NCBI RefSeq assembly: GCF_002933855.1
Contig: NZ_BFAQ01000025.1
Span: 24,009 to 56,008, forward strand
Source: Vibrio penaeicida
Lineage (GTDB): Bacteria; Pseudomonadota; Gammaproteobacteria; Enterobacterales; Vibrionaceae
Reading direction: 5' to 3'
Length of the DNA: 32,000 bases
The number at the start of each line of letters is the position of its first letter. Position 1 is the stretch's first letter. Below are positions 1-8,728 of the stretch, one piece after another. The position numbers and the translations under genes are program-made. The notes beneath the pieces are model-generated. The model made no database searches. It worked only from the letters and a program-made list of their open reading frames with translations, and was not told the DNA's origin.

Positions 1-40
1 CACACGCACTTACACCAATTTTAATTTCATTCGCTGCCAT
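1..40 (-). CDS. 5' end (13 codons) of an unidentified CDS that continues past the window start
   Basis: ATG at 40-38 on the minus strand, preceded by GGGAGAA (complement of 45-51). Reads MAANEIKIGVSAC and stays open to position 1. Too short to name. Confidence 0.5.
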   Translation of the reverse strand, partial: MAANEIKIGVSAC

Positions 41-271
41 AGTTTTCTCCCTAACCACTTTAGTTGGATGATTGAGTTGGTTGACTAGGTTGGATAGTTG
101 TTTTGTACAATTATTTTTCTTGTACAAGAATCTATAGCATTTCGATCACATCGATACAAAAAATAATTTTGTATCGTTTATTGCTTCGCTGTAAAACCGG
201 CCTAATGATTTCGGTTTAACTAATTGATATAAATAACGTAAATGGCATGAACATGATGTATTTATAACGTT

Positions 272-1915
272 TTAAATTTCTCTAAATTTTTTGTTCACTT
301 CTTGAATTTCAATGAAAGCTGCATAACGCTGACGGTGTATATTCACCACTTTTTCTGTCGCAGTGGAATATTGCTCGCCGAAGTGCGACATGGTTTTCAT
401 CGCTTCAAACACATCATTAAATACGCCAGCCGCAACCGCTGCCATAATGGCGCTGCCAAGCATCACAGGCTCACTTGCGATAGGCGCAACAACCGGAAGC
501 TCTGTTGCGTCGGCTAGAATTTGACGAATTAGTGGATCTTGCCCCGCACCACCACTTACGACTACCTGCTTCACTTGAATGCCCTCTGCCGACTGGGCAC
601 CAATGATCTGTTTCAACCCATAAGCTAAACCACATAGCCCCGCCACATACAATTTAACTAAGCTCTCGACTGAACTGTCCATATCAAGCCCTAATATCGC
701 CCCGCGAGCATCTGGATCGGCGTGAGGCGCTCTATTCCCAAGAAACTCCGGAAGAACATGCAGCCCTTTGGCTAAGAAAACGGCATCGCTGAGTGACGGG
801 CAAAGCGCTTTCGCCTGTGAAGATAAATATTGAACCGGCGTACAGTTTTGTATTTGCGCCATGGCTTTTAATTCTGGGAACGCAGGATGCGACTGAATCA
901 AATGATCCATAGCGGCACCTGCAGCTGACTGCCCAGCCTCATTCAGCCACATTCCGGGGATCATCGCAGAAAAATACGGCCCCCAAACACCTGATACCAA
1001 GGTTTTGGTTGTAGACGTGGTCATGGTGCAAGCCGATGTGCCAAAAACATACGCAAGGCTAGCCGTTGGATCTGAAATACCTTGCTCATTAACCGCACCG
1101 ACCGAGCCCATTCCACCAGCATGGGCATCAATTAACCCAGCAGCAACGGCAACCCCGACGGGTAACCCCAAGTGCGCGGCAGCATCTTGCGTTAAACCTT
1201 GTGCAAGCGAAGTACCCGGAGCGACAACAGTAGTTCCTATTTTGGCGAAATTGTCACTGGTTAGTTCACTTAGCCCGAATTGATTAAAGTACGTCTCGTC
1301 CCAGCGGTTTTCATGAGCTAGGTAAGTCCATTTGCATACCGTGGTGCATATGGAGCGCGAGAGCGACCCGCTAGACTTCCATGTCAGAAAGTCCGTCAGG
1401 TCAAAAAAGTGCTTTGCGTTTAAATACGTTTCTGGCAGATTTTCTTTTAGCCACAACAACTTTGGCGTTTCCATTTCTGGTGAAATTCGGTTGCCGACAT
1501 AGTCAAGAACCGAGTGCCCTTCTTCATTGATGCGCTTGGCTTGTGACGTGGCACGTTGATCCATCCAGACAATCACGTTTCTGTCTGCATGATTGTGAAC
1601 CCCGACGGGTAAAGGCTGATCGTAATCGCCAATAACAACCAAAGAACATGTCGCATCAAAAGAAATACCAACTACGTGATGTTTATCAATACCCGCCTCA
1701 TTCACCGCCGCGCGAACACAATCGCCAACGGCATCCCAAATTTGATCGGAAGATTGCTCGTATCTTGCGTTTTCATCGCTGAACATCAGCACATCGCACT
1801 TTGCCGTACTGAGCTCTTTGCCTTGGAGATCATACACACCAGCACGAGCACTTCCTGTTCCTACATCCACTCCAATGACGTATTTATCTGCAACTTGCAC
1901 TTTGCTTGCTCCCAT
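272..1915 (-). CDS. rbtK: FGGY-family pentulose kinase, probable D-ribulokinase
   Basis: 547-aa ORF. N-terminal FGGY signature 'YVIGVDVGTGSARAGV' and C-terminal FGGY_C-like 'VVSGGAGQDPLIRQILAD'. Length is typical of the 5-carbon-sugar kinase subgroup. Lies immediately downstream of an RbtD-like dehydrogenase. The symbol is tentative and rests on context. Confidence 0.8.
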   Translation of the reverse strand: MGASKVQVADKYVIGVDVGTGSARAGVYDLQGKELSTAKCDVLMFSDENARYEQSSDQIWDAVGDCVRAAVNEAGIDKHHVVGISFDATCSLVVIGDYDQPLPVGVHNHADRNVIVWMDQRATSQAKRINEEGHSVLDYVGNRISPEMETPKLLWLKENLPETYLNAKHFFDLTDFLTWKSSGSLSRSICTTVCKWTYLAHENRWDETYFNQFGLSELTSDNFAKIGTTVVAPGTSLAQGLTQDAAAHLGLPVGVAVAAGLIDAHAGGMGSVGAVNEQGISDPTASLAYVFGTSACTMTTSTTKTLVSGVWGPYFSAMIPGMWLNEAGQSAAGAAMDHLIQSHPAFPELKAMAQIQNCTPVQYLSSQAKALCPSLSDAVFLAKGLHVLPEFLGNRAPHADPDARGAILGLDMDSSVESLVKLYVAGLCGLAYGLKQIIGAQSAEGIQVKQVVVSGGAGQDPLIRQILADATELPVVAPIASEPVMLGSAIMAAVAAGVFNDVFEAMKTMSHFGEQYSTATEKVVNIHRQRYAAFIEIQEVNKKFREI

Positions 1916-1969
1916 TTATAGCACTCCGTTTTTCATTCCCCGTTTGTAACAAGCCACTTAAACTTCCGA

Positions 1970-2701
1970 TTAGAGCTCTACACTATTGGGTAGAATGACC
2001 AAATCCCGAACCGTTACGCCAGGTGACCGTGTCAGCATAAAGACAATGGAATCCGCTACTTCCTCGGCTTGCATTAAACTGCCGTTCGCCAATGCCTCTT
2101 CCATCTTGTCTTTTGGCCAATCATCCAAAAGGGCTGTTACAACCGGTCCTGGAGCCACCGCCCCCACACGTATCGAGTGGGGAATCAGTTGGCGTCGTAG
2201 CGAATGCACAAACGCCTGAATGGCATGTTTCGACGCGGTGTAAATAGGTTCGTAAACCACAGGAATAAACCCAGCGATCGAACTGGTCACAACAATATCA
2301 CCACATTTTTGCTCGATTAAATGCGGCAGCACCGCTTTTACCGATCGAAATACTGCGTTGATATTGAGATTCAACATGCGATCCCATTCATCTGGATCCC
2401 CTTCGGCGAAGATTCCCCCAACATACGAACCCGCATTGGCATGAAACCCATCGAGCTTTCCATTGGTCAGCGCTAGAATGCCTTCAAGCATGCCCGAAAC
2501 TTGACGCGGTTCCATCAGATCCACCTCCAATGGCAGAGCCAACGTACCCAAATCTTCGCAGGCTTTTTCTAAACCATCTTTGCTTCTATCAATCAGAACA
2601 ACGGTTGCCCCTTCATCAATCAATGCTTTTGCGCAGGCTAATCCAATCCCAGACGCCGCGCCCGTTATCGCGTAAGCCTTTCCTTCAATGTTCATTTTCA
2701 T
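1970..2701 (-). CDS. rbtD: SDR-family ribitol 2-dehydrogenase-like oxidoreductase
   Basis: 243 aa. Has '[10 protein letters not shown]' (TGxxxGxG NAD site), the catalytic 'YTASKHA' (YxxxK), and a long collinear resemblance to my recollection of Klebsiella RbtD ('[24 protein letters not shown]', '[29 protein letters not shown]', C-terminal '[13 protein letters not shown]'). Confidence 0.85.
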   Translation of the reverse strand: MKMNIEGKAYAITGAASGIGLACAKALIDEGATVVLIDRSKDGLEKACEDLGTLALPLEVDLMEPRQVSGMLEGILALTNGKLDGFHANAGSYVGGIFAEGDPDEWDRMLNLNINAVFRSVKAVLPHLIEQKCGDIVVTSSIAGFIPVVYEPIYTASKHAIQAFVHSLRRQLIPHSIRVGAVAPGPVVTALLDDWPKDKMEEALANGSLMQAEEVADSIVFMLTRSPGVTVRDLVILPNSVEL

Positions 2702-2756
2702 GGGTTCTGTTCCTTATTCATCGTTACCGGTTTTCATGAATACCAGTTTGGGGGCA

Positions 2757-4016
2757 TTACGCTTTACCGTGAGAAACACGGCTTCGGCGGGCAAGGCTAT
2801 CGATAATCACAGCGACTGCGAGAACAGCTCCGGTGATCATGTACCGATGCGCCGATGAGAGATTGAGCAACGTTAAGCCGCTCGCGATGGACTGAATGAC
2901 GATAATGCCAAGCAGCGCCGACCACGCCGAACCACGGCCACCAAAGAGGCTGGTTCCACCAATCACAGCCGCAGCAATGGCATTGAGATTCACATCGCCC
3001 GTTCCTGCCTGTTGGCTTGAAGAGGCCAAACGCGCTGCCGCCAGTACACCCCCTAACGTTGCCAACGTAGAGCACGTTACAAAAGCGCTAATGTAGATAG
3101 CTTTTACGTTGATACCCGCACGGCGAGCTGCTTCTGCGTTTCCGCCAACCGCCAGCATGTATCGTCCCCATTTGGTGCGAGTTAGCGCGTAGTTAAGTGC
3201 GACCACGAGAAAAATAAACAAACCAAACATCCATGGAATGCCGCGCCCCTGATTTAAATAGGCACTCACTGCGAGTAACAACACCGTGACTATCAACGCT
3301 TTCACCCAAATGAACTTGGCACTTTTGGCTGAAAGGTTTACCGACTTGCGTTTGCGTCTAAGCGTCCATTCAGAAAAAGCAATAACGCCACCAGCGAATA
3401 CAGACAGTGAGTAGGAAACCCAATCTGGCATCACCATCAATTGCCCAAAATTCACCATTGAAGAACCGTAAGGCAAATTGATAGAACCGGTAGAACCCAG
3501 TAAATACAATTGCAAACCAAGCAACGCGAGCAATCCTGCAAGGGTTGAAACAAAACTCGGCATACCGAAACTGTTTCTTAAAGATGCGTATGCAAAGCCC
3601 ACCATGGCACCAAAACATAGGCTTATTCCGATCGCGATGCCCAAAGGCACACCTTGGTTTACCCAAAGCACACCCAAAATCGCTGATCCGACACCACTCA
3701 TGGAGCCAACGGATAAATCAATTTCGCCAAGCATCAAAACGCAAACAATACCAAGGGCGATAATCCCGACAGTCGAACTATCGAAAAGCAGGTTGACGAG
3801 GTTATTGGGCGATAAAAATATCGGATTAATGTAGGTAAAGATCCCCCAAATAAGGATTAACCCCACCACCACGGGTAACGAGCCTAAATCCCCGGATTTT
3901 ATCTGGTCGATGAATTTGCGAATGTATCCACCCAAACCAGCCGCATGAGTAACGCGGGTATCGCTTCTATCCAACAAATGGTTTGGGTTCGGCGTAACAT
4001 TAGAGGAATGATTCAT
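2757..4016 (-). CDS. Sugar ABC transporter permease (CUT2, XylH/RbsC-like)
   Basis: 419 aa and highly hydrophobic, with roughly 10 or more predicted TM segments. The start ATG overlaps the stop of the upstream ATPase gene (ATGA at 4013-4016), which implies translational coupling. Confidence 0.9.
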   Translation of the reverse strand: MNHSSNVTPNPNHLLDRSDTRVTHAAGLGGYIRKFIDQIKSGDLGSLPVVVGLILIWGIFTYINPIFLSPNNLVNLLFDSSTVGIIALGIVCVLMLGEIDLSVGSMSGVGSAILGVLWVNQGVPLGIAIGISLCFGAMVGFAYASLRNSFGMPSFVSTLAGLLALLGLQLYLLGSTGSINLPYGSSMVNFGQLMVMPDWVSYSLSVFAGGVIAFSEWTLRRKRKSVNLSAKSAKFIWVKALIVTVLLLAVSAYLNQGRGIPWMFGLFIFLVVALNYALTRTKWGRYMLAVGGNAEAARRAGINVKAIYISAFVTCSTLATLGGVLAAARLASSSQQAGTGDVNLNAIAAAVIGGTSLFGGRGSAWSALLGIIVIQSIASGLTLLNLSSAHRYMITGAVLAVAVIIDSLARRSRVSHGKA

Positions 4017-4873
4017 GCCTTTTCCTCCACCGCGGTTGACGCGTTATCCATTCGGTTCGCACGCTCCATCGCTGCATTATCAGTGGCACCCGTTATTGCT
4101 CCTATCAACTCTTCGTTGGAAGCGTCCGCTCTAAATATCCCATTGTTTTTTCCTAACCGTAGCACCACAACTCTATCGGCTACGGCACGTACATCCTGCA
4201 TGTTGTGGGAAATCATGATTACTCCTAACCCTTTGGCTTTTATGCGCTCGACCAAATTCAAAACCTCTGCCGTTTGCGCCACTCCCAATGCCGCTGTGGG
4301 CTCATCCAACATCACAATTTTAGGGTCGAGAAGTAACGAACGAGCAATCGCCACGGTTTGGCGCTGTCCGCCAGACAGAGACGCAACCACATCTCTCACA
4401 CTGGGTATTCGAGCGGCTAATTCATTGAGCAGTTGCCAAGACCTGACTTCCATTTCCGTTTCATCTAGATTCAGGCTGTTCTTCTCTTGTCCCAAAAATA
4501 TATTGGCGACAACATCGAGGTTTTCACACAAGGCTAAATCTTGGAAAACAGTTGCAATCCCAAGCTCTAGCGCATCGCTTGGTTTTTTGAATTCCACCTC
4601 TTTCCCTTCAAACGCAATCGCCCCTGAACTTAATGCATGCGCACCAGCAAGGATCTTAATCAGGGTCGATTTTCCCGCCCCGTTATCCCCAACCAGCGCC
4701 ACCACTTCACCAGGGTAAACATCAAGGTCGATGTTGGTTAGTGCGGCGACCGCACCAAAATTCTTGGACACATTGCGTAGGCTTAAAATAGGCTGAATGC
4801 CTTCTTTGGAATCCAATTCTGTTTGGTTTGATTGCTTTTGGGCTTGTTCTTGAGATGAACCATCCGACGCCAT
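4013..4873 (-). CDS. Sugar ABC transporter ATP-binding protein with a single NBD
   Basis: Walker A 'GDNGAGKST', ABC signature 'LSGGQRQ' and Walker B 'VMLDEPTAAL'. I prefer the ATG at 4873 (MASDGS..., GGAG 8 nt upstream) to the TTG at 4891 used by the ORF track. Confidence 0.9.
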   Translation of the reverse strand: MASDGSSQEQAQKQSNQTELDSKEGIQPILSLRNVSKNFGAVAALTNIDLDVYPGEVVALVGDNGAGKSTLIKILAGAHALSSGAIAFEGKEVEFKKPSDALELGIATVFQDLALCENLDVVANIFLGQEKNSLNLDETEMEVRSWQLLNELAARIPSVRDVVASLSGGQRQTVAIARSLLLDPKIVMLDEPTAALGVAQTAEVLNLVERIKAKGLGVIMISHNMQDVRAVADRVVVLRLGKNNGIFRADASNEELIGAITGATDNAAMERANRMDNASTAVEEKA

Positions 4874-5026
4874 AAAACTCACTCCAGTCAAAGCGTTTTT
4901 TATTCAACACTTTTCGTTTAACGCTGTTCGTTTATCGCTTTCCACCTATACGCAGATTCTTATCTTGAGCATTGGGCAGTAAAGCGCTCGCCATTTACGC
5001 TTTGAGTTCAGACCTTAAAACATAAT

Positions 5027-5104
5027 GAAAAGCCTGATAAAGAGTGCCACCTCACCAAAAGACCGGTGGCACTCATGTTCAAACTGGTTAAAAAGGCCAG
5101 TTTG
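5027..5104 (-). terminator. Two consecutive hairpins just after the binding-protein gene; possible intra-operon attenuator or mRNA stabiliser
   Basis: 8-bp stem 5080-5087/5097-5104. 10-bp GC-rich stem 5042-5051/5065-5074, followed on the minus strand by UUUAUCAGGCUUUUC. Confidence 0.4.
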
Positions 5105-5115
5105 AGGACAAAGCG

Positions 5116-6201
5116 TTACTTAATTCCCAGTTCTTTACAGCCCGCTAGGTAGCGACCAGTACAAACGTCATCAGCAGAGGCAATACCCGAATCAAAAATG
5201 ATCTTTTTGATGTTGCCGCGTGTGACCACTTCAGGGACAAATAACTCAGATGGCGTGTTGTAGAGTGTTGTTTTGGCTTTCGGTGTTTCGCCGTTCAACA
5301 TGGATACCGCGACTTTTGCTGCCGCTGCCGCCACAATTTCAGAAGGCTTGGAAATGGTGTTGTATTGATCGCCAGAAATGATCAATTGAAGGGCCGCCAA
5401 CGTGGCATCGTTCCCCGTTACAGGCGGCACAGGATCAACTCCCGCTGCTTTAAACGCCGCTATCGCACCGCCGCCAGTGCCGTCATTCGCCGCGACAACG
5501 CCAATGATCTTCGAACCAAAACGGTTAATTTGGCCACTTGCCCAAGACTGCGCTTTTGGTGGTGCCCAATTTGGTGTCGCGTATTCCGCTAGCGTGCCGT
5601 ATTCACTGCCGTCTAGCCCTTGATCGATCCCATCTCGGATAAGACCCGCTGCAGCATCCGTCGGTGAGCCATTAATTTGCAATATGCCGCCTGAATCTTT
5701 CGACACTTTATTGATTCGTAAATGCTCAACCAAGCTATCGGCAATGGCTTTACCTATGCCTTGATTATCGAACGAAACATAGTAGTCCGCGGCTCTATCT
5801 GGGATTGGTCTATCATACGCAATGACCTTTATCCCTTGGCTTTGCGCCAACCCAACTAATGATGCAGCGGCGCTTGAGTCCACCGGATCCAATACGATCA
5901 CTTTTGCACCTTGGGTAATCACGGAATTGAACTGCTGTTGTTGCAACGCAACATCCGCATTCGCATTTTGGTAGATCACTTTACAATCCGAGCAGAGTTC
6001 ACTCATCGCCGCCTTAAAGCCGGGGTAATCATGTTCTTCATAGCGAGTTGAGGCTTGGTCGGGCATAAGAAATGCGACCAGAGGGGCAGCAATACTTTGC
6101 GCAGACACCGCGCTCAAAGAGACAAGCAACGCAGCAGAAACACTCAGTTTGCTTGCCGATTTCAGCTTGCTCGCTAACAGTTTCGTGGCTAAGGATTTCA
6201 T
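5116..6201 (-). CDS. Periplasmic sugar-binding protein of the ABC transporter (Peripla_BP_4 / XylF-ChvE-like)
   Basis: 361 aa. Signal peptide ending '..SAVSAQSIAAP'. Type-I periplasmic binding-protein fold pattern ('KVIVLDPVDS', 'IKVIAYDR', 'GVVAANDGTGGGAIAA'). Confidence 0.9.
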   Translation of the reverse strand: MKSLATKLLASKLKSASKLSVSAALLVSLSAVSAQSIAAPLVAFLMPDQASTRYEEHDYPGFKAAMSELCSDCKVIYQNANADVALQQQQFNSVITQGAKVIVLDPVDSSAAASLVGLAQSQGIKVIAYDRPIPDRAADYYVSFDNQGIGKAIADSLVEHLRINKVSKDSGGILQINGSPTDAAAGLIRDGIDQGLDGSEYGTLAEYATPNWAPPKAQSWASGQINRFGSKIIGVVAANDGTGGGAIAAFKAAGVDPVPPVTGNDATLAALQLIISGDQYNTISKPSEIVAAAAAKVAVSMLNGETPKAKTTLYNTPSELFVPEVVTRGNIKKIIFDSGIASADDVCTGRYLAGCKELGIK

Positions 6202-6320
6202 AGTTAATACTCCATTTAAGATATGTCAGGTACAGCAGTACCCTCAGCAGCCGTCCGACAGCCGCTGTTCCTTTATCCCTCCACCGTATTGCTTTTAAAA
6301 CTTGGGTATACTAAAGTGCA

Positions 6321-6355
6321 AAAGTCTTCTGTTTGCTGCAACAAACAAAGACTTT
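6321..6355. promoter_or_regulatory. 35-bp imperfect palindrome in the promoter/leader region of the transporter operon
   Basis: 'aaagtcttctgtttg ctgca acaaacaaagacttt'. 14 paired positions with one bulged C (6329). Lies 120-155 bp upstream of the binding-protein start codon. Confidence 0.3.
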
Positions 6356-6536
6356 AGAACTGTCCTAAGTTCTAACAACCAGCGAAAGTGTAGGGTCGAT
6401 TTTCTTTGGTAAAGTCTATTTCCATGTAAGTTTGTTCTACATTTTCGTTCCTTCTTTCTGCTTTTATCCGATAGTTACTACTCAAGTTACATTGCCGAGA
6501 TTCGCTAGAAATACTGCTGTATTAAGTTTTATCCGC

Positions 6537-7568
6537 TCATTTTTCTATCGCAAAATTCAAAACCGATGCTCGCTCGATCAATTCCGCTTCTAATACCGTC
6601 GAAAGTTTCACATTCTGTTCTGCATCTCCGTTGATTCTCAACATCAACCTGTCCCATGCGTGTTTGGCTATTGCTTCAACAGGTTGGCGCACCGCCGTTA
6701 AGCTAACGCTTCTTGCCGACATCCAGGCATAATCATCAAATACCAATAGCGAAATATCCTCTCCTACCTTGATGTTGCGTTCTGCTAAAGCAGTAAGCGT
6801 ACTGAGCGTAGTAACGTTAGTAAGAGAAAAAATGGCAGTTGGGTGGGGGTTTGCGTCTAACCATTCCCCAACTTTTACTGCTCCGGCATCAAGGTCGGCG
6901 CCAATTTCAATTACATCATGAGTCGCGCTATTTGTATTTTCTAGCAGAGCCCTAACAGCTTGTTTTCCACCTTCAACACGTTCATTTATTGGAGGAAAAG
7001 ACAGATCGGATGCGATGGTCAGAATATTCTTGTGCCCTGCCTCACGTAAGTAACGACACGCCATTTCACCAGAATCTCGATTATTTATGGTGATGGAATC
7101 GAGTGCCGATTCATCTACTGCGACACGGTCTACCAGCACTACGGGGCAAGCATCGGCTTTATCGATCAATATTTGTGGAAGGTTTCCCGAGCATGGGACG
7201 ACGATCATACCTGCAGGGTGCCAGCTCAATAATGTCCGAATGCGCGATTGTTCAATATCCGTTTGGTCGTGAGCACTCGCCACAATCACGTCGTAACCTT
7301 GCTCGTAAGCGAAACTTTCCAATAAGGTTACTATGGTGGCAAAAAATGTATCGGTAATATTAGGAACCAGTACAGTAACCACTTTGTTGTGTTGGGAGCG
7401 TAACTGAGATGCCACTCGGTTTACTTGATACCCAAGCGACTCCGCAGCGTTTTGAACACGCTCTTTAAGATCCGTATTAACGGGTTTCTTTCCGGAAAAC
7501 ACATTAGAGACCGTCGCCGTAGAGACTCCCGCCAGATTTGCCACTTCTCGAATTGAAGGTTTCTTCAT
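6537..7568 (-). CDS. LacI-family transcriptional repressor
   Basis: 343 aa. N-terminal HTH 'SIREVANLAGVSTATVSNVFSG' followed by a periplasmic-binding-protein-like effector domain. Confidence 0.92.
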   Translation of the reverse strand: MKKPSIREVANLAGVSTATVSNVFSGKKPVNTDLKERVQNAAESLGYQVNRVASQLRSQHNKVVTVLVPNITDTFFATIVTLLESFAYEQGYDVIVASAHDQTDIEQSRIRTLLSWHPAGMIVVPCSGNLPQILIDKADACPVVLVDRVAVDESALDSITINNRDSGEMACRYLREAGHKNILTIASDLSFPPINERVEGGKQAVRALLENTNSATHDVIEIGADLDAGAVKVGEWLDANPHPTAIFSLTNVTTLSTLTALAERNIKVGEDISLLVFDDYAWMSARSVSLTAVRQPVEAIAKHAWDRLMLRINGDAEQNVKLSTVLEAELIERASVLNFAIEK

Positions 7569-7613
7569 GCAACCAAAGCCCTTATCTACTAACTGAAGCC
7601 TTTATTTACCTAC

Positions 7614-7628
7614 TGTAAAACGTTTAAC
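7614..7628. promoter_or_regulatory. LacI-family-type operator candidate upstream of the repressor gene
   Basis: 'TGTAAAACGTTTAAC' is CG-centred and matches the generic LacI-family pattern TGxAAACGTTTxCA in most positions. Lies 46-60 bp upstream of the LacI start codon. Confidence 0.45.
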
Positions 7629-7845
7629 TCAAATTACGTTACTTAATAAGTGGTCAATAATCAAGCGTGTTGTTGATAATTTGTTCAATAAGGATTAAAG
7701 GATTGTTAAAAGAGGCATAACACACTCAAGTATCGAGCTTAAAAGAAAGAAAACACTTGCTCTGTCCACCAGCAAATCGATTGCATTCCCGTTTTCAACA
7801 GATTTCGTTATCAACATTCCATTTTCGCAAAAAATTAGAATTTTT

Positions 7846-7861
7846 TGTGACAAAGATCTCA
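7846..7861. promoter_or_regulatory. Candidate CRP site upstream of deoD
   Basis: 'TGTGAcaaagaTCTCA' against the consensus TGTGA-N6-TCACA (9 of 10 core positions). Centred about 130 bp upstream of the deoD ATG. Confidence 0.35.
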
Positions 7862-7982
7862 AGGGATGACCGTTCACAGGGCTAGTATTGCTGTCAAGAA
7901 GTAACCCCTGTTCAACAGATTTGGTAATTGTCGTCGCATTATTTCCTGCGAATTATCAAAACTCACTTTGGAGAGTATCACT

Positions 7983-8693
7983 ATGGCAACCCCACACATT
8001 AACGCACAAGCAGGCGATTTCGCAGAAACGGTTCTAATGCCAGGCGACCCGTTGCGCGCTAAGTACATTGCAGAAAACTTCCTAGAAGATGCAAGGCAAG
8101 TTTGTGATGTAAGAAACATGTTTGGTTTTACAGGTACTTATAAAGGTAAAAAAGTATCGGTAATGGGTCATGGAATGGGTATTCCTTCTGCTTGTATCTA
8201 CACCCACGAGTTGATTTCTGAATACGGTGTTAAAAATATTATCCGCATCGGTAGCTGTGGTGCTGTAAAAGATGATGTGAATCTAATGGACGTGGTTATC
8301 GGTATGGGTGCTTCTACCGACTCGAAAGTAAACCGCATTCGTTTTGCAAACCACGACTTTGCAGCCGTAGCTGACTACGGGCTATTGGAAGAAGCAGTTA
8401 AACAAGCGCGTGCGAACAATGTTCCAGTAAAAGTGGGGAACGTATTTTCTGCCGACCTTTTCTACACACCAGAAGCCGATATTTTCGAAAAAATGGAAAA
8501 GCTAGGCATCTTAGGTGTGGATATGGAAGCGGCGGGAATTTATGGTGTCGCGGCGGAGCTTGGTGCTAAAGCGCTAACTATTTTAACCGTATCAGACCAC
8601 ATCATTCGCGGTGAGAAGCTTTCAGCAGAAGATCGTCAGAAGTCGTTCAACGATATGATGACCGTTGCGCTAGAAACCGCAATTAACCTGTAA
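7983..8693 (+). CDS. deoD: Purine nucleoside phosphorylase DeoD type
   Basis: '[52 protein letters not shown]..' is a near-canonical DeoD. The ATG at 7983 has GGAGAG 7 nt upstream, and the 5-codon extension in the ORF track is unlikely. Confidence 0.95.
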   Translation: MATPHINAQAGDFAETVLMPGDPLRAKYIAENFLEDARQVCDVRNMFGFTGTYKGKKVSVMGHGMGIPSACIYTHELISEYGVKNIIRIGSCGAVKDDVNLMDVVIGMGASTDSKVNRIRFANHDFAAVADYGLLEEAVKQARANNVPVKVGNVFSADLFYTPEADIFEKMEKLGILGVDMEAAGIYGVAAELGAKALTILTVSDHIIRGEKLSAEDRQKSFNDMMTVALETAINL

Positions 8694-8728
8694 TTTTTTA
8701 CGACCAGTTTATTCCCGAGGGGGCGATC

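Noticed and set aside
194-217. Hairpin as terminator of the kinase gene
   Set aside because: The stem is only 6 bp (aaaccg/cggttt) with a short U-run on the minus strand. That is too weak to call.
3945-4718. 257-aa plus-strand ORF
   Set aside because: It lies entirely antisense to the ABC ATPase and permease genes. The composition is Ser/Ala/Thr/Ile-rich, typical of a shadow frame, and it has no SD. The opposite-strand products carry unambiguous ABC motifs.
7695-8119. Two minus-strand ORFs of 60 and 81 aa
   Set aside because: One lies in the regulatory spacer and the other is antisense to the 5' end of deoD. Neither has an SD or recognisable motifs, and deoD on the plus strand is unambiguous.
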